A DNA stretch of 64,000 nucleotides from Alphaproteobacteria bacterium. GTDB taxonomy: Bacteria > Pseudomonadota > Alphaproteobacteria > CALKHQ01. The stretch's first letter is position 1. Every line of letters begins with the position of its first letter. Both the position numbers and the translations under genes were made by a program. Under the pieces are notes generated by a model that was not told the origin of the DNA, did no database searches, and worked only from the letters and a program-made list of their open reading frames with translations. Below are positions 1-9,997 of the stretch, one piece after another. The stretch is taken from positions 224,001-288,000 of the forward strand of contig CBDDFZ010000001.1 in assembly GCA_965227515.1 (NCBI GenBank), written 5' to 3'.

Positions 1-29
1 GTCGCCTTCGATGTGGACGTGGAAGCCAT
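1..29 (-). CDS. 5' end of a gene running off the left edge (MASTSTSKA...); product not identifiable
   Basis: ATG at 29 on the minus strand preceded by an AGGAG Shine-Dalgarno sequence (ctcct at 37-41); only about 9 codons visible. Confidence 0.45.
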
Positions 30-237
30 GGTTGCGCTCCTTTGCGCTGATATGGGTTCGGGGCAGGTGTCGTCACCTTTCAACACCCCGGTTCGGCGCT
101 GGTTCCACCCGCGCTTTGTGCACCCGCGAAAGATCGGACTGTAAGTTACAGCATCTCCTGTCGCGTGTCGCGGCAACCCACGGCAATATGGCGGCGCGCC
201 CGCCATGGCGGGGCTTCACGGGTCCGCCAAACGAACC

Positions 238-1809
238 ATGACCGACGTCTCGCAACCGACCGACCACCCGGCATCGCCGCGCCAGATAGACGATTTCGAA
301 CTGCTGATCACCGCGGCCGAGGCCTGCCCTGTGCTGGAGCGCGCGTTCCTGGCGGCGGAGCGGGAGATCTGGGCAAGTTTCCGCATCTTCGACCTGCGCA
401 TGCGCCTGCGCTCGACCGAAGCCCTGGCCGTCGGCAATTCCTGGTTCGACCTGATCCGCCACACCCTGGAGCGCGGCGTCGACATCCACTTCGTGCTTAC
501 CGATTTCGACCCGCTGCTCGCCCCCTCGCTGCACCACGACACCTGGCGGTCGATGCGGCGGCTGGCGATCGCCAGCGAGGCGACCGACGGCGGCCGGCTC
601 TGGGCCCATGCCGGCATGCACCCGGCGCGGGTCGGCTGGCTGACCCGGCTGATGCTGTGGCCGGTGGCCCGCCGCAAGCTTGGCAAGCATGTGCGGCGCC
701 TGCGCGCGATGGCGCCCGATGCCCGCACCGCCTATCTGAGAGAAACGCCCGGACTGGCCCAATTCGTGGCCATTGACGACGACGGCGCGGTGCGCGGCGC
801 GCTTGGCGCCCCGCCGCAGTTCTACCCGGTGACCCATCACCAGAAGCTCGCGACATTCGACCGCGCGCGGCTGTTCATCGGCGGGTTGGACATCGACGAA
901 CGGCGCTACGACGACCCGCGGCATCGCCGCCCGGCGGCACAAACCTGGCACGATGTCAGTTGCATGGTGACCGGGCCGGTGGTCGCCGATGCCCAGGCTC
1001 ATCTGGAGGCGTTCTGGCGCGCGCCGCCGGATGCGCGCGACAGCGGCGGCGGGGCGTTCGTGCGCACCGTCTCCCACGCACGGCCGCGCCCCGTTATCTC
1101 CATGTCGCCGGAGCCGCGGGTAACCGAGATCGAGGCCGCGACGTACCGGCTGATCGCGCGGGCCCGCACCCTGCTCTATTTCGAGACCCAGTTCTTCCGC
1201 CACCTGCCGCTGGCCCGTGCACTGGCGCGGGCGGCGCGCGCCAACCCGTCGCTGGGTCTGATCATGATCCTGCCCGCGGCGCCGGAGGACGTCGCCTTCG
1301 AGCACAACACCGGCCGCGACGCCCGGTTCGGCGAGCACTTACAGGCCCGGTGCGTCGCCAAGGTGAGGCAGGCCTTCGGGCAGCGGCAGTTCATCGGCTC
1401 CGCAGCCCAACCGCGCCACCACGATACCGAACACCGCGACACAACCATGCGCGCACCGCTGGTCTACATCCACTCCAAGGTCTCGATCGCCGACGACAAT
1501 CTGGCAATGGTGACCTCCGCCAATCTGAACGGGCGCAGCATGCGCTGGGACACCGAGGCCGGGCTGCATATCGACGACGCCGATACGGTCACGCATATCC
1601 GCCGCCGCCTGTTCGACCACTGGCTCGGCGCCGGTGCGCCCACAGCGCTGTACGATCTGGAGACGGCGGTTCAGGCGTGGCGCGACCGTGCCGCCCACAA
1701 CGCCCGCGCAAAGCCGGAGGACCGCCTCGGCTTCATCCTGCCCTACGACGTCCGGCCGGCGCGGCGCTTCGGCCGCAAGGTGCCGCTGGCACCGGAGGAG
1801 ATTGTGTAG
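238..1809 (+). CDS. Phospholipase D superfamily protein (cardiolipin synthase-like, two HKD motifs)
   Basis: HHQKLATFD and HSKVSIAD...TSANLNGRS motifs; start moved to ATG 238. Confidence 0.85.
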   Translation: MTDVSQPTDHPASPRQIDDFELLITAAEACPVLERAFLAAEREIWASFRIFDLRMRLRSTEALAVGNSWFDLIRHTLERGVDIHFVLTDFDPLLAPSLHHDTWRSMRRLAIASEATDGGRLWAHAGMHPARVGWLTRLMLWPVARRKLGKHVRRLRAMAPDARTAYLRETPGLAQFVAIDDDGAVRGALGAPPQFYPVTHHQKLATFDRARLFIGGLDIDERRYDDPRHRRPAAQTWHDVSCMVTGPVVADAQAHLEAFWRAPPDARDSGGGAFVRTVSHARPRPVISMSPEPRVTEIEAATYRLIARARTLLYFETQFFRHLPLARALARAARANPSLGLIMILPAAPEDVAFEHNTGRDARFGEHLQARCVAKVRQAFGQRQFIGSAAQPRHHDTEHRDTTMRAPLVYIHSKVSIADDNLAMVTSANLNGRSMRWDTEAGLHIDDADTVTHIRRRLFDHWLGAGAPTALYDLETAVQAWRDRAAHNARAKPEDRLGFILPYDVRPARRFGRKVPLAPEEIV

Positions 1810-1836
1810 ACGTTGCCGGGGCGACCGCACAAAACC

Positions 1837-1922
1837 GTAGCCCGGGTGGAACGGCGTGGAACCCGGGGACATTCCTTCAGCCGCCTAAGGCCCCGGATTG
1901 CGCTGCGCTTCATCCGGGCTAC
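1837..1922. repeat. GTAG-type REP doublet (REPIN-like) copy 1
   Basis: GTAGCCCGGGTGGAACGGCGTGGAACCCGGGG ... CCCCGGATTGCGCTGCGCTTCATCCGGGCTAC; related copies at 32608, 44533 and 46410. Confidence 0.85.
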
Positions 1923-1967
1923 CCAACGGCGATGTAGCTGGTTTCGGTCGCGCCTAGATCGCCAAGA

Positions 1968-2789
1968 TCAGATTGCCAAATACTCGTGGCGCATCTTCTC
2001 GTCGTCCAGCACCTCTTGCGCGGTGCCGTCGAACACCACCTTGCCCATGTCCAGGATCAGGGCCCGGTCGGCCAGATGCAGTGCGGCGATCGCGTTCTGC
2101 TCGACAATGACGGTGGTGATGTTCTGCGACTTGATGTGCTCCAGCGTGCGCTCGATCTCCTGCACGATCACCGGTGCCAGTCCCTCATAGGGCTCGTCCA
2201 GCAGCAAGAGCTTGACCTCGCGGGCCAGCGCGCGCGCAACCGCGAGCATTTGCTGCTCGCCGCCGGAAAGCGTCACCGCCTCCTGCTTGCGCCGTTCCGC
2301 CAGCCGGGGGAACAGCTCGTAAAGCTGATCCAGCGACCAGCCGACGGGCGGCGCGATCTGGGCCAGCTTCAAATTCTCTTCCACCGACAGGCCCTGGATG
2401 ATGCGCCGGTCCTCCGGCACCAGGCCCAGGCCGTTCTGCGCCGCCTGGAAGGCGCGCATCTTGTGCAGCGCCTGACCGTCCAGCCAGATCTCGCCCTGGT
2501 GCAGCGCCGGGCTATCGACGCGTGCCAGCGCGCGCAGGGTCGACGTCTTGCCGGCGCCATTGCGGCCGAGCAGGGCGAGGATTTCGCCCTCGCGCACGTC
2601 GAAGCTGACACCCTGCACGATGTAGCTCTCGCCGTAGTAGGCGTGCACGTCCTGCACCGACAGGAATGCAGGCGCGGTGGCCGCACCGGCCGCCGGCGCG
2701 GCCTCGGTGGTCGCGGCCTGGCGAGGCGGCTGTTGGGAGATGTCTGCGGTATCCATGTCCCTACTTAGCAAACCTGGCATCGCCGTCAT
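1968..2789 (-). CDS. HAAT (branched-chain amino acid type) ABC transporter ATP-binding protein, LivF-like
   Basis: GRNGAGKT Walker A, LSGGEQQ signature, LLLLDEP; ATG 2789 overlaps the upstream stop (ATGA). Confidence 0.9.
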   Translation of the reverse strand: MTAMPGLLSRDMDTADISQQPPRQAATTEAAPAAGAATAPAFLSVQDVHAYYGESYIVQGVSFDVREGEILALLGRNGAGKTSTLRALARVDSPALHQGEIWLDGQALHKMRAFQAAQNGLGLVPEDRRIIQGLSVEENLKLAQIAPPVGWSLDQLYELFPRLAERRKQEAVTLSGGEQQMLAVARALAREVKLLLLDEPYEGLAPVIVQEIERTLEHIKSQNITTVIVEQNAIAALHLADRALILDMGKVVFDGTAQEVLDDEKMRHEYLAI

Positions 2790-3541
2790 AGGTGTGCGCC
2801 CCCAAGATAAGCCTCCTGGACCTTCGGATTGCCCTTGATGTTCTCGGGCTCGTCTTCCGCGATCACGGTGCCCTGCGCCAACACCGAGATCCGGTCGGCC
2901 AGCGAGAACACCACGTGCATGTCGTGCTCGATGACGATCATGGTGATGCCGCGTGCCGCGATCTTCTTCAGGAGTTCGATGGTGTTGTTGGTGTCGGCGC
3001 GCGACATGCCGGCGGTCGGCTCGTCCAGCAGCAGCAGCTTCGGCTCCTGCACCAGGCACATGGCCAGCTCAAGCCGCCGCTTGTCGCCGCGCGAGAGCTG
3101 GTTCGCCACCGTGTCGGCATGGCGGGCGAGCCCGACATCCTCCAGCATCGACATCGCCCGTCCGCGGATCTCGGACTCGTCGTCCATGTCTTTCCAGCCG
3201 TTCAGCGTGAACGCACCGTCGCGCTTGGCGAAGGCCGGGATCATCACGTTGCGTAGCAGCGTCAGGTCGCCGAAGATTTCGGGCGTCTGGAACACGCGGC
3301 TGACGCCGACCTGATTGATCTGGTGCGGCTTCAGGCCGAGCAGGGACTTGCCCTCGAACTCCACCGTGCCGGTGTCGGGGTCGAGCCGACCGACGAAGCA
3401 GTTGAGCAGGGTCGACTTGCCGGCGCCGTTGGGCCCGATGATGGCGTGGACCCGCCCCTCGGCGATCTCCAGGTTGACCTCGTTCAGCGCCTGCAGGCCG
3501 CCGAACCGCTTGTTGACGTTGCGAACGGTGAGGATGCTCAT
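2786..3541 (-). CDS. HAAT ABC transporter ATP-binding protein, LivG-like
   Basis: GPNGAGKST, LLLLDEPTAGM, IEHDM, C-terminal VQEAYLG. Confidence 0.92.
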   Translation of the reverse strand: MSILTVRNVNKRFGGLQALNEVNLEIAEGRVHAIIGPNGAGKSTLLNCFVGRLDPDTGTVEFEGKSLLGLKPHQINQVGVSRVFQTPEIFGDLTLLRNVMIPAFAKRDGAFTLNGWKDMDDESEIRGRAMSMLEDVGLARHADTVANQLSRGDKRRLELAMCLVQEPKLLLLDEPTAGMSRADTNNTIELLKKIAARGITMIVIEHDMHVVFSLADRISVLAQGTVIAEDEPENIKGNPKVQEAYLGGAHL

Positions 3542-3553
3542 GTCGGCGCTCCC

Positions 3554-4783
3554 CTATTCCGCCGGTACGGCGCTGGCCGGCCTGTCGGACGTTCCGTCGC
3601 CCGACTTGGCCGCATGGGTCGCGCTGCCCGGCGAGCCGCCGCCGCGCCCGCGTCGTCGGAACAGCCGACCGATGCGCTGCAGGCCCTCCATCAGGCCGCC
3701 CGGCATGAAGATGACGATGGCCATGAACACGAGGCCGAGCAGCAGGTGCCAGCCACCACCGACGAACGGGCCGACCACGGTCACCAGGGCCGAGTTCGCC
3801 CAGTCCGGCAGGAAGCTGAAGGCATCGACCAGCAACTGGTCGTTGAAGGCGGAGACCTTCTGCTCAAGGTACTTGATGACGCCCGCGCCCAGCACCGGCC
3901 CGATCAGCGTGCCGGCACCGCCCAGAATGGTCATCAGCACCACCTCGCCCGAGCGGGTCCACAGCATGCGGTCCGCGCCCGCCGTCGGGTCGACCGCCGC
4001 CATCAGCCCGCCGGCCAGCCCGGCATACATGCCGGAGATGACGAAGGCCGCCAGCGTGTAGGGCTTGGTGTTCAGGCCGGTGTAGTTCATCCGGTTCTGG
4101 TTCGATTTCACCGCCCGCAGCATCATGCCGAACGGCGACCGGAAGATGCGCATCGCCAGATAGAACGCGAAGATCGTGATGATGCCGCAGAAGTAGTAGC
4201 CGACGTTGAATTGCAGCTCGAAGCCCAGGAACGTGGTGACCCAGGTCTCCTGCATCTCCAGCCCGAACAGATTGGTGCTCGGCAGCGTGCCGCCCTGGGT
4301 GGCCCCGTCGAGGATGCGGGGATCGTCCAGATTGCGCTGCAGGCCGTTCTCGCCACCGGTGACGGGCGTCAGCACGGAATAGGCCAGCGTGTGGGCCATC
4401 TGCGCGAAGGCCAGGGTCAGGATTGAAAAGTAGATGCCGGTCCGCTTCAGCGAGATGTAGCCGATGATCACCGAGAAGATGCCGGCCAGCAGCACGGCAA
4501 GGATCAGCGCCGGCAGCACGTTCATGGTCAACAGCTTCATCGACCACACCGCAGCGTACGAGCCCACGCCGACGAAGGCGGCGTGCCCGAACGAGAGGTA
4601 GCCGGTCAGCCCGAACAGGATGTTGAAGCCGACCGCGAACAGGCCGAAGATCACGAACTTCTGCATCAGGTCCGGATAGCCGGCGCCCAGCGGCGCCAGG
4701 ATCACGGGCGCGAGGACGATCGCTGCGATCAGGCCGATCAAGAGCCAGGTGTTGGTGCGGGCACCGTGGATGGTGTTTGACAT
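3554..4783 (-). CDS. HAAT ABC transporter permease, LivM-like
   Basis: [37 protein letters not shown]; hydrophobic. Confidence 0.9.
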   Translation of the reverse strand: MSNTIHGARTNTWLLIGLIAAIVLAPVILAPLGAGYPDLMQKFVIFGLFAVGFNILFGLTGYLSFGHAAFVGVGSYAAVWSMKLLTMNVLPALILAVLLAGIFSVIIGYISLKRTGIYFSILTLAFAQMAHTLAYSVLTPVTGGENGLQRNLDDPRILDGATQGGTLPSTNLFGLEMQETWVTTFLGFELQFNVGYYFCGIITIFAFYLAMRIFRSPFGMMLRAVKSNQNRMNYTGLNTKPYTLAAFVISGMYAGLAGGLMAAVDPTAGADRMLWTRSGEVVLMTILGGAGTLIGPVLGAGVIKYLEQKVSAFNDQLLVDAFSFLPDWANSALVTVVGPFVGGGWHLLLGLVFMAIVIFMPGGLMEGLQRIGRLFRRRGRGGGSPGSATHAAKSGDGTSDRPASAVPAE

Positions 4784-4786
4784 GGC

Positions 4787-5815
4787 TCAGCTCTCCATCA
4801 CGCCCTTGCGGCCCATCAGCCCGCGCGGCCGGGCCAGCAACACGATGATGGCGACCAGATAGATGATGACCTGGTCGATGCCGGGCAGGATGCTGGTGAC
4901 TTCGCTCATGGCGGCGAACGCCTGCAGGATGCCGAGCAGGAAGCCCGCCGCGACCGCACCGGCCAGCGACCCCATGCCGCCGACGACGACGACGATGAAG
5001 CTGTAGACCAGGAAGTCCATCGCCCACTGCGGCTCCGGGTTCTGGATCGGCGCGTACATCACGCCGGCCACGCCCGCAACGACCGCGGCAAGCCCGAACA
5101 TGATGGTGAAGCGCTTGTCGATGTTGATGCCGAGAAGGCCCACCGTCTCGCGGTCGGCCATGCCGGCGCGCACCACCATGCCGAAGGTTGTGAGGTGCAG
5201 GAAGGCGAACACGCCTGCTATCACGATGACGGCGAACAGGAAGTAGATCGAGCGCCAGGCACCATAGACGACGCGGCCCGGCTCGAAGCCGATGGCGACC
5301 CCGAAGTCGACCATGCCGGTCAGGTCCTCTGGGCTGTCCTGGGCGATGCCGGTGGCGCCGAAGATGCCCTTGATGATCTCGTAGAGCACGATCGCCAGGC
5401 CGAAGGTGACCAGGATCTGCTCGGCGTGGGTGCGCTTGTAGAAGAACTTGATCAGCCCGCGTTCCATGATCACGCCGACCAGCAGCATCAGCGGCACGGC
5501 GATCAGCAACGACAGCGGGACGGAATAGTCGACCAGGATGGTGCCGAACTCGCCGAACCATTCCTCGACGATGGGCGTGCGGATCTCAAGCGGCGAGCCC
5601 CAGGCCGTGGTCTCGGTCTCGCTGAGAACCACGCTCTCCAGGCTCAGCACCTTGTTCAGCGCCACCGCGCAGAAGCCGCCCAGCATGAACAGGGCGCCGT
5701 GGGCGAAGTTGACCACGCCCAGCGTGCCGAAAACGATGGTCAGCCCCAGCGCGATCAGCGCGTAGGAGCTGCCCTTGTCGAGTCCGGTGATGAATTGGAG
5801 GACTATAGCTTCCAT
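4787..5815 (-). CDS. HAAT ABC transporter permease, LivH-like
   Basis: YALIALGLTIVFGTLGVVNFAHG, VVVVGGMGS, RPRGLMG. Confidence 0.9.
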   Translation of the reverse strand: MEAIVLQFITGLDKGSSYALIALGLTIVFGTLGVVNFAHGALFMLGGFCAVALNKVLSLESVVLSETETTAWGSPLEIRTPIVEEWFGEFGTILVDYSVPLSLLIAVPLMLLVGVIMERGLIKFFYKRTHAEQILVTFGLAIVLYEIIKGIFGATGIAQDSPEDLTGMVDFGVAIGFEPGRVVYGAWRSIYFLFAVIVIAGVFAFLHLTTFGMVVRAGMADRETVGLLGINIDKRFTIMFGLAAVVAGVAGVMYAPIQNPEPQWAMDFLVYSFIVVVVGGMGSLAGAVAAGFLLGILQAFAAMSEVTSILPGIDQVIIYLVAIIVLLARPRGLMGRKGVMES

Positions 5816-5893
5816 TTTCCCGCCCCTGGCCGAAGCGAACCGGCCACCCCGTCGGAACGGGGCAGCCGGTCAACATTCAACGCAACGCGTGCA

Positions 5894-7237
5894 TCAGGTG
5901 CCCGGGTTGCACTCACCCAGCTCGCCGCCGGCGAACATCGGATGGTCGGGCGCGTAGGTGACCTGCGCGGCCGGCACCACTTCGACGACCTCGAGCACGT
6001 CGAACTGGTTCTCCGGCTCTTCCTTACCACGCACGACCAGCACGTCCTTGAAGCACTGGTGGTCCTCGGCGCGATACAGCGTCGGGCCGTTGCCCATGCC
6101 GTCGAACTCGAAGCCTTCCAACGCCTCGGCGACGCCGCACGGGTTGAAGGTGCCCGCACGCTCGCACGCGTCGGCGTAGAGGATCGCCTGCACGTAGCAG
6201 GTGTGGGCCGCCTGGCTGGGCGGGAAGCCGTACTTCTGGCCGAACGAGGTGACGAACGCCTTCGAGCCCTCGTCCTGCAGCGACCAGTGCCAGTTGGTGG
6301 AACCGAAGATGCCCTTCACGTTCTCGCCCGCGCCCTGCGCCATCAGGCGGGAGTACAGCGGCACCACGACCTCGAAGTTGCGGCCGTTGACTTCCTTCTC
6401 GCGCAGGCCGAACTGCACCGCCTGGGTCAACGAGTTGACCATGTCGCGGCCATAGTGGTTCAGCACCAGCACGTCGGCGCCGGAGTTCAGCACCGGGGTG
6501 ATGTACTGCGAGAAGTCGCCGGCACCCAGCGGGGTCAGCACGGTCTCGACCGTCTCCCAACCCAGGGCCTCGGTGGCCGCGACGATCGATTCCTGCTGCG
6601 TCCAGCCCCAGGTGTAGTCGGCGGTCAGGTGATAGGCCTTGCGGTCGGCGCCATAATTGGCTTCGAGCACCGGCGCCAGCGCCGCACCCGACATATAGGC
6701 GTTGAAGAAGTGGCGGAAGCCGTTGGCCTTCTTGTCCTTGCCCGTGGTGTCATTGGAGTGGGTCAGGCCGGCCATGAAGATGACGCCGGCTTCCTGACAC
6801 AGGTCCTGCACCGCGATGGCGACACCGGACGACGAGCCACCGGTGATCATGACAGCGCCGTCGGCCTCGATCATGCGGCGGGCCGAAGCGCGGGCCGCGT
6901 CGGAGTTGGTCTGGGTGTCGCCGGTCACGTAGGCGACTTCCTTGCCGAGCACGCCGCTGCCGGTCAGCGCGTTCGACGAGAACGTGTTCAGCATGCCGCC
7001 GTCGCCGCCGCCGTTCAGGTGCTCGACCGCCAGCTCGTACGCGCGCAGCTCGTCCGCGCCCTCGTCGGTGTAGGCGCCGGTCTGCGGCACGTTGAAGCCG
7101 AAGGTGACGGTGGAGCCGGTGGGCTCATTGGTGTACGCCCAGGCGCTCTTCGAGATGATCGTCGGCGCGGCGATGCCGGCTCCGACGGCGGCGCTGGTCT
7201 TCAGAAGACCGCGGCGGCTGAGTTTCAGGTCCTTCAT
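5894..7237 (-). CDS. HAAT ABC transporter substrate-binding protein with Tat signal peptide
   Basis: Start MKDLKLSRRGLLK (twin-arginine) after a GGAGG RBS; periplasmic binding protein type 1 motifs (PQTGAY, ADYTWG). Confidence 0.88.
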   Translation of the reverse strand: MKDLKLSRRGLLKTSAAVGAGIAAPTIISKSAWAYTNEPTGSTVTFGFNVPQTGAYTDEGADELRAYELAVEHLNGGGDGGMLNTFSSNALTGSGVLGKEVAYVTGDTQTNSDAARASARRMIEADGAVMITGGSSSGVAIAVQDLCQEAGVIFMAGLTHSNDTTGKDKKANGFRHFFNAYMSGAALAPVLEANYGADRKAYHLTADYTWGWTQQESIVAATEALGWETVETVLTPLGAGDFSQYITPVLNSGADVLVLNHYGRDMVNSLTQAVQFGLREKEVNGRNFEVVVPLYSRLMAQGAGENVKGIFGSTNWHWSLQDEGSKAFVTSFGQKYGFPPSQAAHTCYVQAILYADACERAGTFNPCGVAEALEGFEFDGMGNGPTLYRAEDHQCFKDVLVVRGKEEPENQFDVLEVVEVVPAAQVTYAPDHPMFAGGELGECNPGT

Positions 7238-7479
7238 GCATTCCTCCCTCGTGTTGTGCCTTTGGTGATGTGCCCGGCCCATCTGCCCGAGCGGCAACTG
7301 GGTCTGCCGCAGCGTTCCCCCGACCGGATGACCGTTTCCCGATCGGCTGGCCGGACGACCGAACCTTGGATGATTCGGCGTGCCGGCGGACTGCCCCACA
7401 ACGCAGGCACGGCCATATACTGTGAGCGAACATGCCAAATCGGTGTCAAGATCGAAATAACTAATTGATTTGACGCCGA

Positions 7480-7545
7480 AAGTTTGTAAATTCACCGACG
7501 AGACGATTTGTCGATTTGTCAATTGTTGACATTGCACCGCAGCAT
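7480..7545. promoter_or_regulatory. Divergent promoter region with a ScfR-like TTTGTAAA element and a PhaR-type box TGCACCGCAGCA (7533-7544)
   Basis: AT-rich intergenic stretch; TTTGTAAA at 7483-7490 resembles RamB/PccR TTTGCAAA half-sites; box fits the alphaproteobacterial PhaR consensus TGCRNYGCASMA. Confidence 0.5.
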
Positions 7546-7571
7546 GTGCGGGTGCGAAATGGAGCATAGGG

Positions 7572-8966
7572 ATGTCCACCAACATCCTGGGCACGCGCAT
7601 TCGCGAGCACCGGCGTGGACTGGGCATCACCCAGGCTGACCTTGCCCGCCAGATCGGCATTTCGCCGTCCTATCTGAACCTGATCGAGCACAACAAGCGC
7701 GGTATCGCCGGTGCGCTGCTGCGCAAGCTGGCCGACGCGCTGCGGCTGAGGCTCGACGAGCTGGACGGCGCCGGCGAGCGCCGCATCCTGGAGACGCTGA
7801 ACGAGATCGCGGTCGCCCCGAACCTGGAGGGGCTGGGGGTCGAGGCCGAGCACGCGGGCGAGCTGATCGGGCGTTATCCCGGCTGGGCCCGGGCGCTCGC
7901 CGCGCTGGCCCGTTCCGAGCGCACCGCCACCGCCGCCGCGCGGGCGCTGGCCGACCGGCTGACCCACGACCCGTTCCTGGGCGACACCGTGCACCGCATG
8001 CTGACCCGCATCGCCTCCATCCGCTCGGCGGCGGAGATCCTGGCCGAGTTCCCGGACATCGCCGAGGCGCAGCGCGCCCGCTTCCACCGCATCGTGTACG
8101 AGGAGAGCCGCATCCTGTCCGACATCGCCGACGCGCTGGCCGGCTATTTCGACCGCGTCGACGAGACCGAGCGCACGCTGACGCCGCTGGACGAGGTGGA
8201 AGCGCTGTTCGAGGCGCGCGCCAACCACTTCGCCGAGATCGAGACCGCGGCGGTGCAATGGGCGGATGTGGCGGTCACCGGCACGCCCGAGCAGCGCTGG
8301 GAGACGGCCGCCGAGATCGCCGACACGCATGTCGGGCGGCTGATCGACCGGGTGATCGACCGGCAGCCGGAGATCGAGTCCGCGCCGGCGCGCGCCCGTG
8401 CCCGCCGCGCGCTTGTCGACTACACCGTGGCGGCGATCCTGGCGCCGATGCCGGAATTCGCCCCGGCGGCGGCCGAACTGCGCTACGACCTGGAGGCGCT
8501 GGACGCCCGCTTCGCCCTGGGGTTCGAGACCATCTGCCACCGGCTGACCGCGCTGCCCGACGGCGAGGAGACGCCGCGTTTCGGCTATTTCCGCGCCAAT
8601 GCCGCCGGCACCCTGGTGGAGATGCGCGGCCTGCCCGGCCTGGCGATGCCGCGCTATGCCTCGGCCTGCCCGCTGTGGGTGCTCTACCGCGCGCAGCAGT
8701 CGCCGGAGGCGGTCATCCGCCAGCGCACCGTGTTCCCCGACGGCACCCGGTTCATCTTCCTGGGCCGGGCGCGCAATACCGGCATCTCCGGCTTCGGCCG
8801 CCCCCGCCACTACCTGACCGACATGCTGGCGCTGAGCGAGGCCGACGCGCGGCTGACCGTCTATGCGCCCGACGGTACCGTGCCGGTGGAGGAGGTCGGG
8901 CCCGGTTGCCGGCTCTGCCCCCGCGACGCCTGCGCCCACCGGGTCGAGGACCCGCTGGTGGGATAG
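7572..8966 (+). CDS. XRE/ScfR (RamB/PccR/PrpR) family short-chain fatty acid regulator with an internal DHp-like segment
   Basis: N-terminal HTH (GITQADLARQIGISPSYLNLIEHNKR); ACPLW and C-terminal GPGCRLCPRDACAHR Fe-S motif. Confidence 0.88.
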   Translation: MSTNILGTRIREHRRGLGITQADLARQIGISPSYLNLIEHNKRGIAGALLRKLADALRLRLDELDGAGERRILETLNEIAVAPNLEGLGVEAEHAGELIGRYPGWARALAALARSERTATAAARALADRLTHDPFLGDTVHRMLTRIASIRSAAEILAEFPDIAEAQRARFHRIVYEESRILSDIADALAGYFDRVDETERTLTPLDEVEALFEARANHFAEIETAAVQWADVAVTGTPEQRWETAAEIADTHVGRLIDRVIDRQPEIESAPARARARRALVDYTVAAILAPMPEFAPAAAELRYDLEALDARFALGFETICHRLTALPDGEETPRFGYFRANAAGTLVEMRGLPGLAMPRYASACPLWVLYRAQQSPEAVIRQRTVFPDGTRFIFLGRARNTGISGFGRPRHYLTDMLALSEADARLTVYAPDGTVPVEEVGPGCRLCPRDACAHRVEDPLVG

Positions 8967-8973
8967 CCGCCGC

Positions 8974-9093
8974 CGTCATCGCGAGGAGCCCCAATCGTCT
9001 GAGGGGCGACGAAGCGATCCAGGCGATTGCCACGACGTGGTCGACGATGCTCTGGATTGCCGCGTCGCGCTTTCAGCGCTCCTCGCAATGACG
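8974..9093. repeat. CGTC-type palindromic intergenic repeat
   Basis: CGTCATCGCGAGGAGC...GACGAAGCGATCCAG...CTGGATTGCCGCGTCGC...GCTCCTCGCAATGACG nested inverted repeats. Confidence 0.8.
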
Positions 9094-9113
9094 TTCAATG
9101 ACTAGGAGAACCC

Positions 9114-9488
9114 ATGTTCGATCACGTCAAGTTCGGGGTCAGCGACTTTGCGGCGAGCAAGGCGTTCTTCCTACAGGCGCTCGCGCCGCTCGGCCTGGCC
9201 GCCGTCGCGGAAGGGGAGCCGACGTACGGCGTTGAGCTCAGCCATGACGGCAAGACCTCGCTGATCCTGTTCCAGACCGACGAGAAGCCGGCGCCGCTCC
9301 ATCTGGCGTTCGTCGCCGAAACCCGCCGGCAGGTCGATGAATTCCATCGCGCGGCGCTGGCGGCGGGCGGTGCCGACAACGGCGCGCCGGGCGTGCGTCC
9401 GCAGTACAACGCCACCTACTACGCGGCCTTCGTGATCGGTCCGGACGGCCACAACATCGAGGTTGTCTGCCACCAACCGGAAGCCTGA
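9114..9488 (+). CDS. VOC/glyoxalase family protein
   Basis: MFDHV...HLAF...GGADNGAPGVRPQY...YYAAFVIGPDGHNIEVV. Confidence 0.9.
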   Translation: MFDHVKFGVSDFAASKAFFLQALAPLGLAAVAEGEPTYGVELSHDGKTSLILFQTDEKPAPLHLAFVAETRRQVDEFHRAALAAGGADNGAPGVRPQYNATYYAAFVIGPDGHNIEVVCHQPEA

Positions 9489-9603
9489 GACCCGCCCCCG
9501 TTGCGCCGCCTGCAACTCCCCTGATTACAAAACCGCGCCAATCGCCTAACCTTCCGGCAACGACCCGCGGCAAACCGGGCGGTCGGTGGGGAGAGGCAAA
9601 CGC

Positions 9604-9975
9604 ATGGGCAAGCGCGTTCTCATCGCGGAGGACGAGCCCTATATCGTCGAATCGCTGACGTTCCTGCTGGAGCGCGCCGGCTTTGCCGTGACCGCACAGG
9701 TCGACGGCATCGCGGCGCTGGAGGCGGCCCTGGCCGCCCCGCCCGACGTGATGATCCTGGACGTGATGCTGCCAGGCGCCGACGGGTTCGAGGTGCTGCG
9801 CCGCCTGCGGCGCGACCCGCGCGCCCGCGCGCTGCCGGTGATCATGCTGACCGCGAAGGGCCAGCGCGAGGACCGCGAGACCGCGCTGGACAGCGGCGCC
9901 GACGTCTTCATCACCAAGCCGTTCTCCAATGCCGACGTGGTCGCCGCCGTCACCCGGTTGGCGGACGACCTCTGA
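9604..9975 (+). CDS. Single-domain response regulator (receiver only)
   Basis: LIAEDE, ILDVMLP (phospho-Asp), MLTA, FITKPF; no output domain. Confidence 0.92.
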   Translation: MGKRVLIAEDEPYIVESLTFLLERAGFAVTAQVDGIAALEAALAAPPDVMILDVMLPGADGFEVLRRLRRDPRARALPVIMLTAKGQREDRETALDSGADVFITKPFSNADVVAAVTRLADDL

Positions 9976-9997
9976 TCGCTTCGGCGAAGCGCGCGCC

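Noticed and set aside
5195-7468. 757-aa plus-strand ORF
   Set aside because: Antisense shadow of the ABC permease and binding protein genes; no motifs; expected in high-GC DNA
7238-7660. Long N-terminal extensions given by the ORF track (also for petA, purB, purC, the ParA gene and the permease at 48187)
   Set aside because: Downstream starts have RBSs or match family N-termini; the extensions overlap promoters or neighbouring genes
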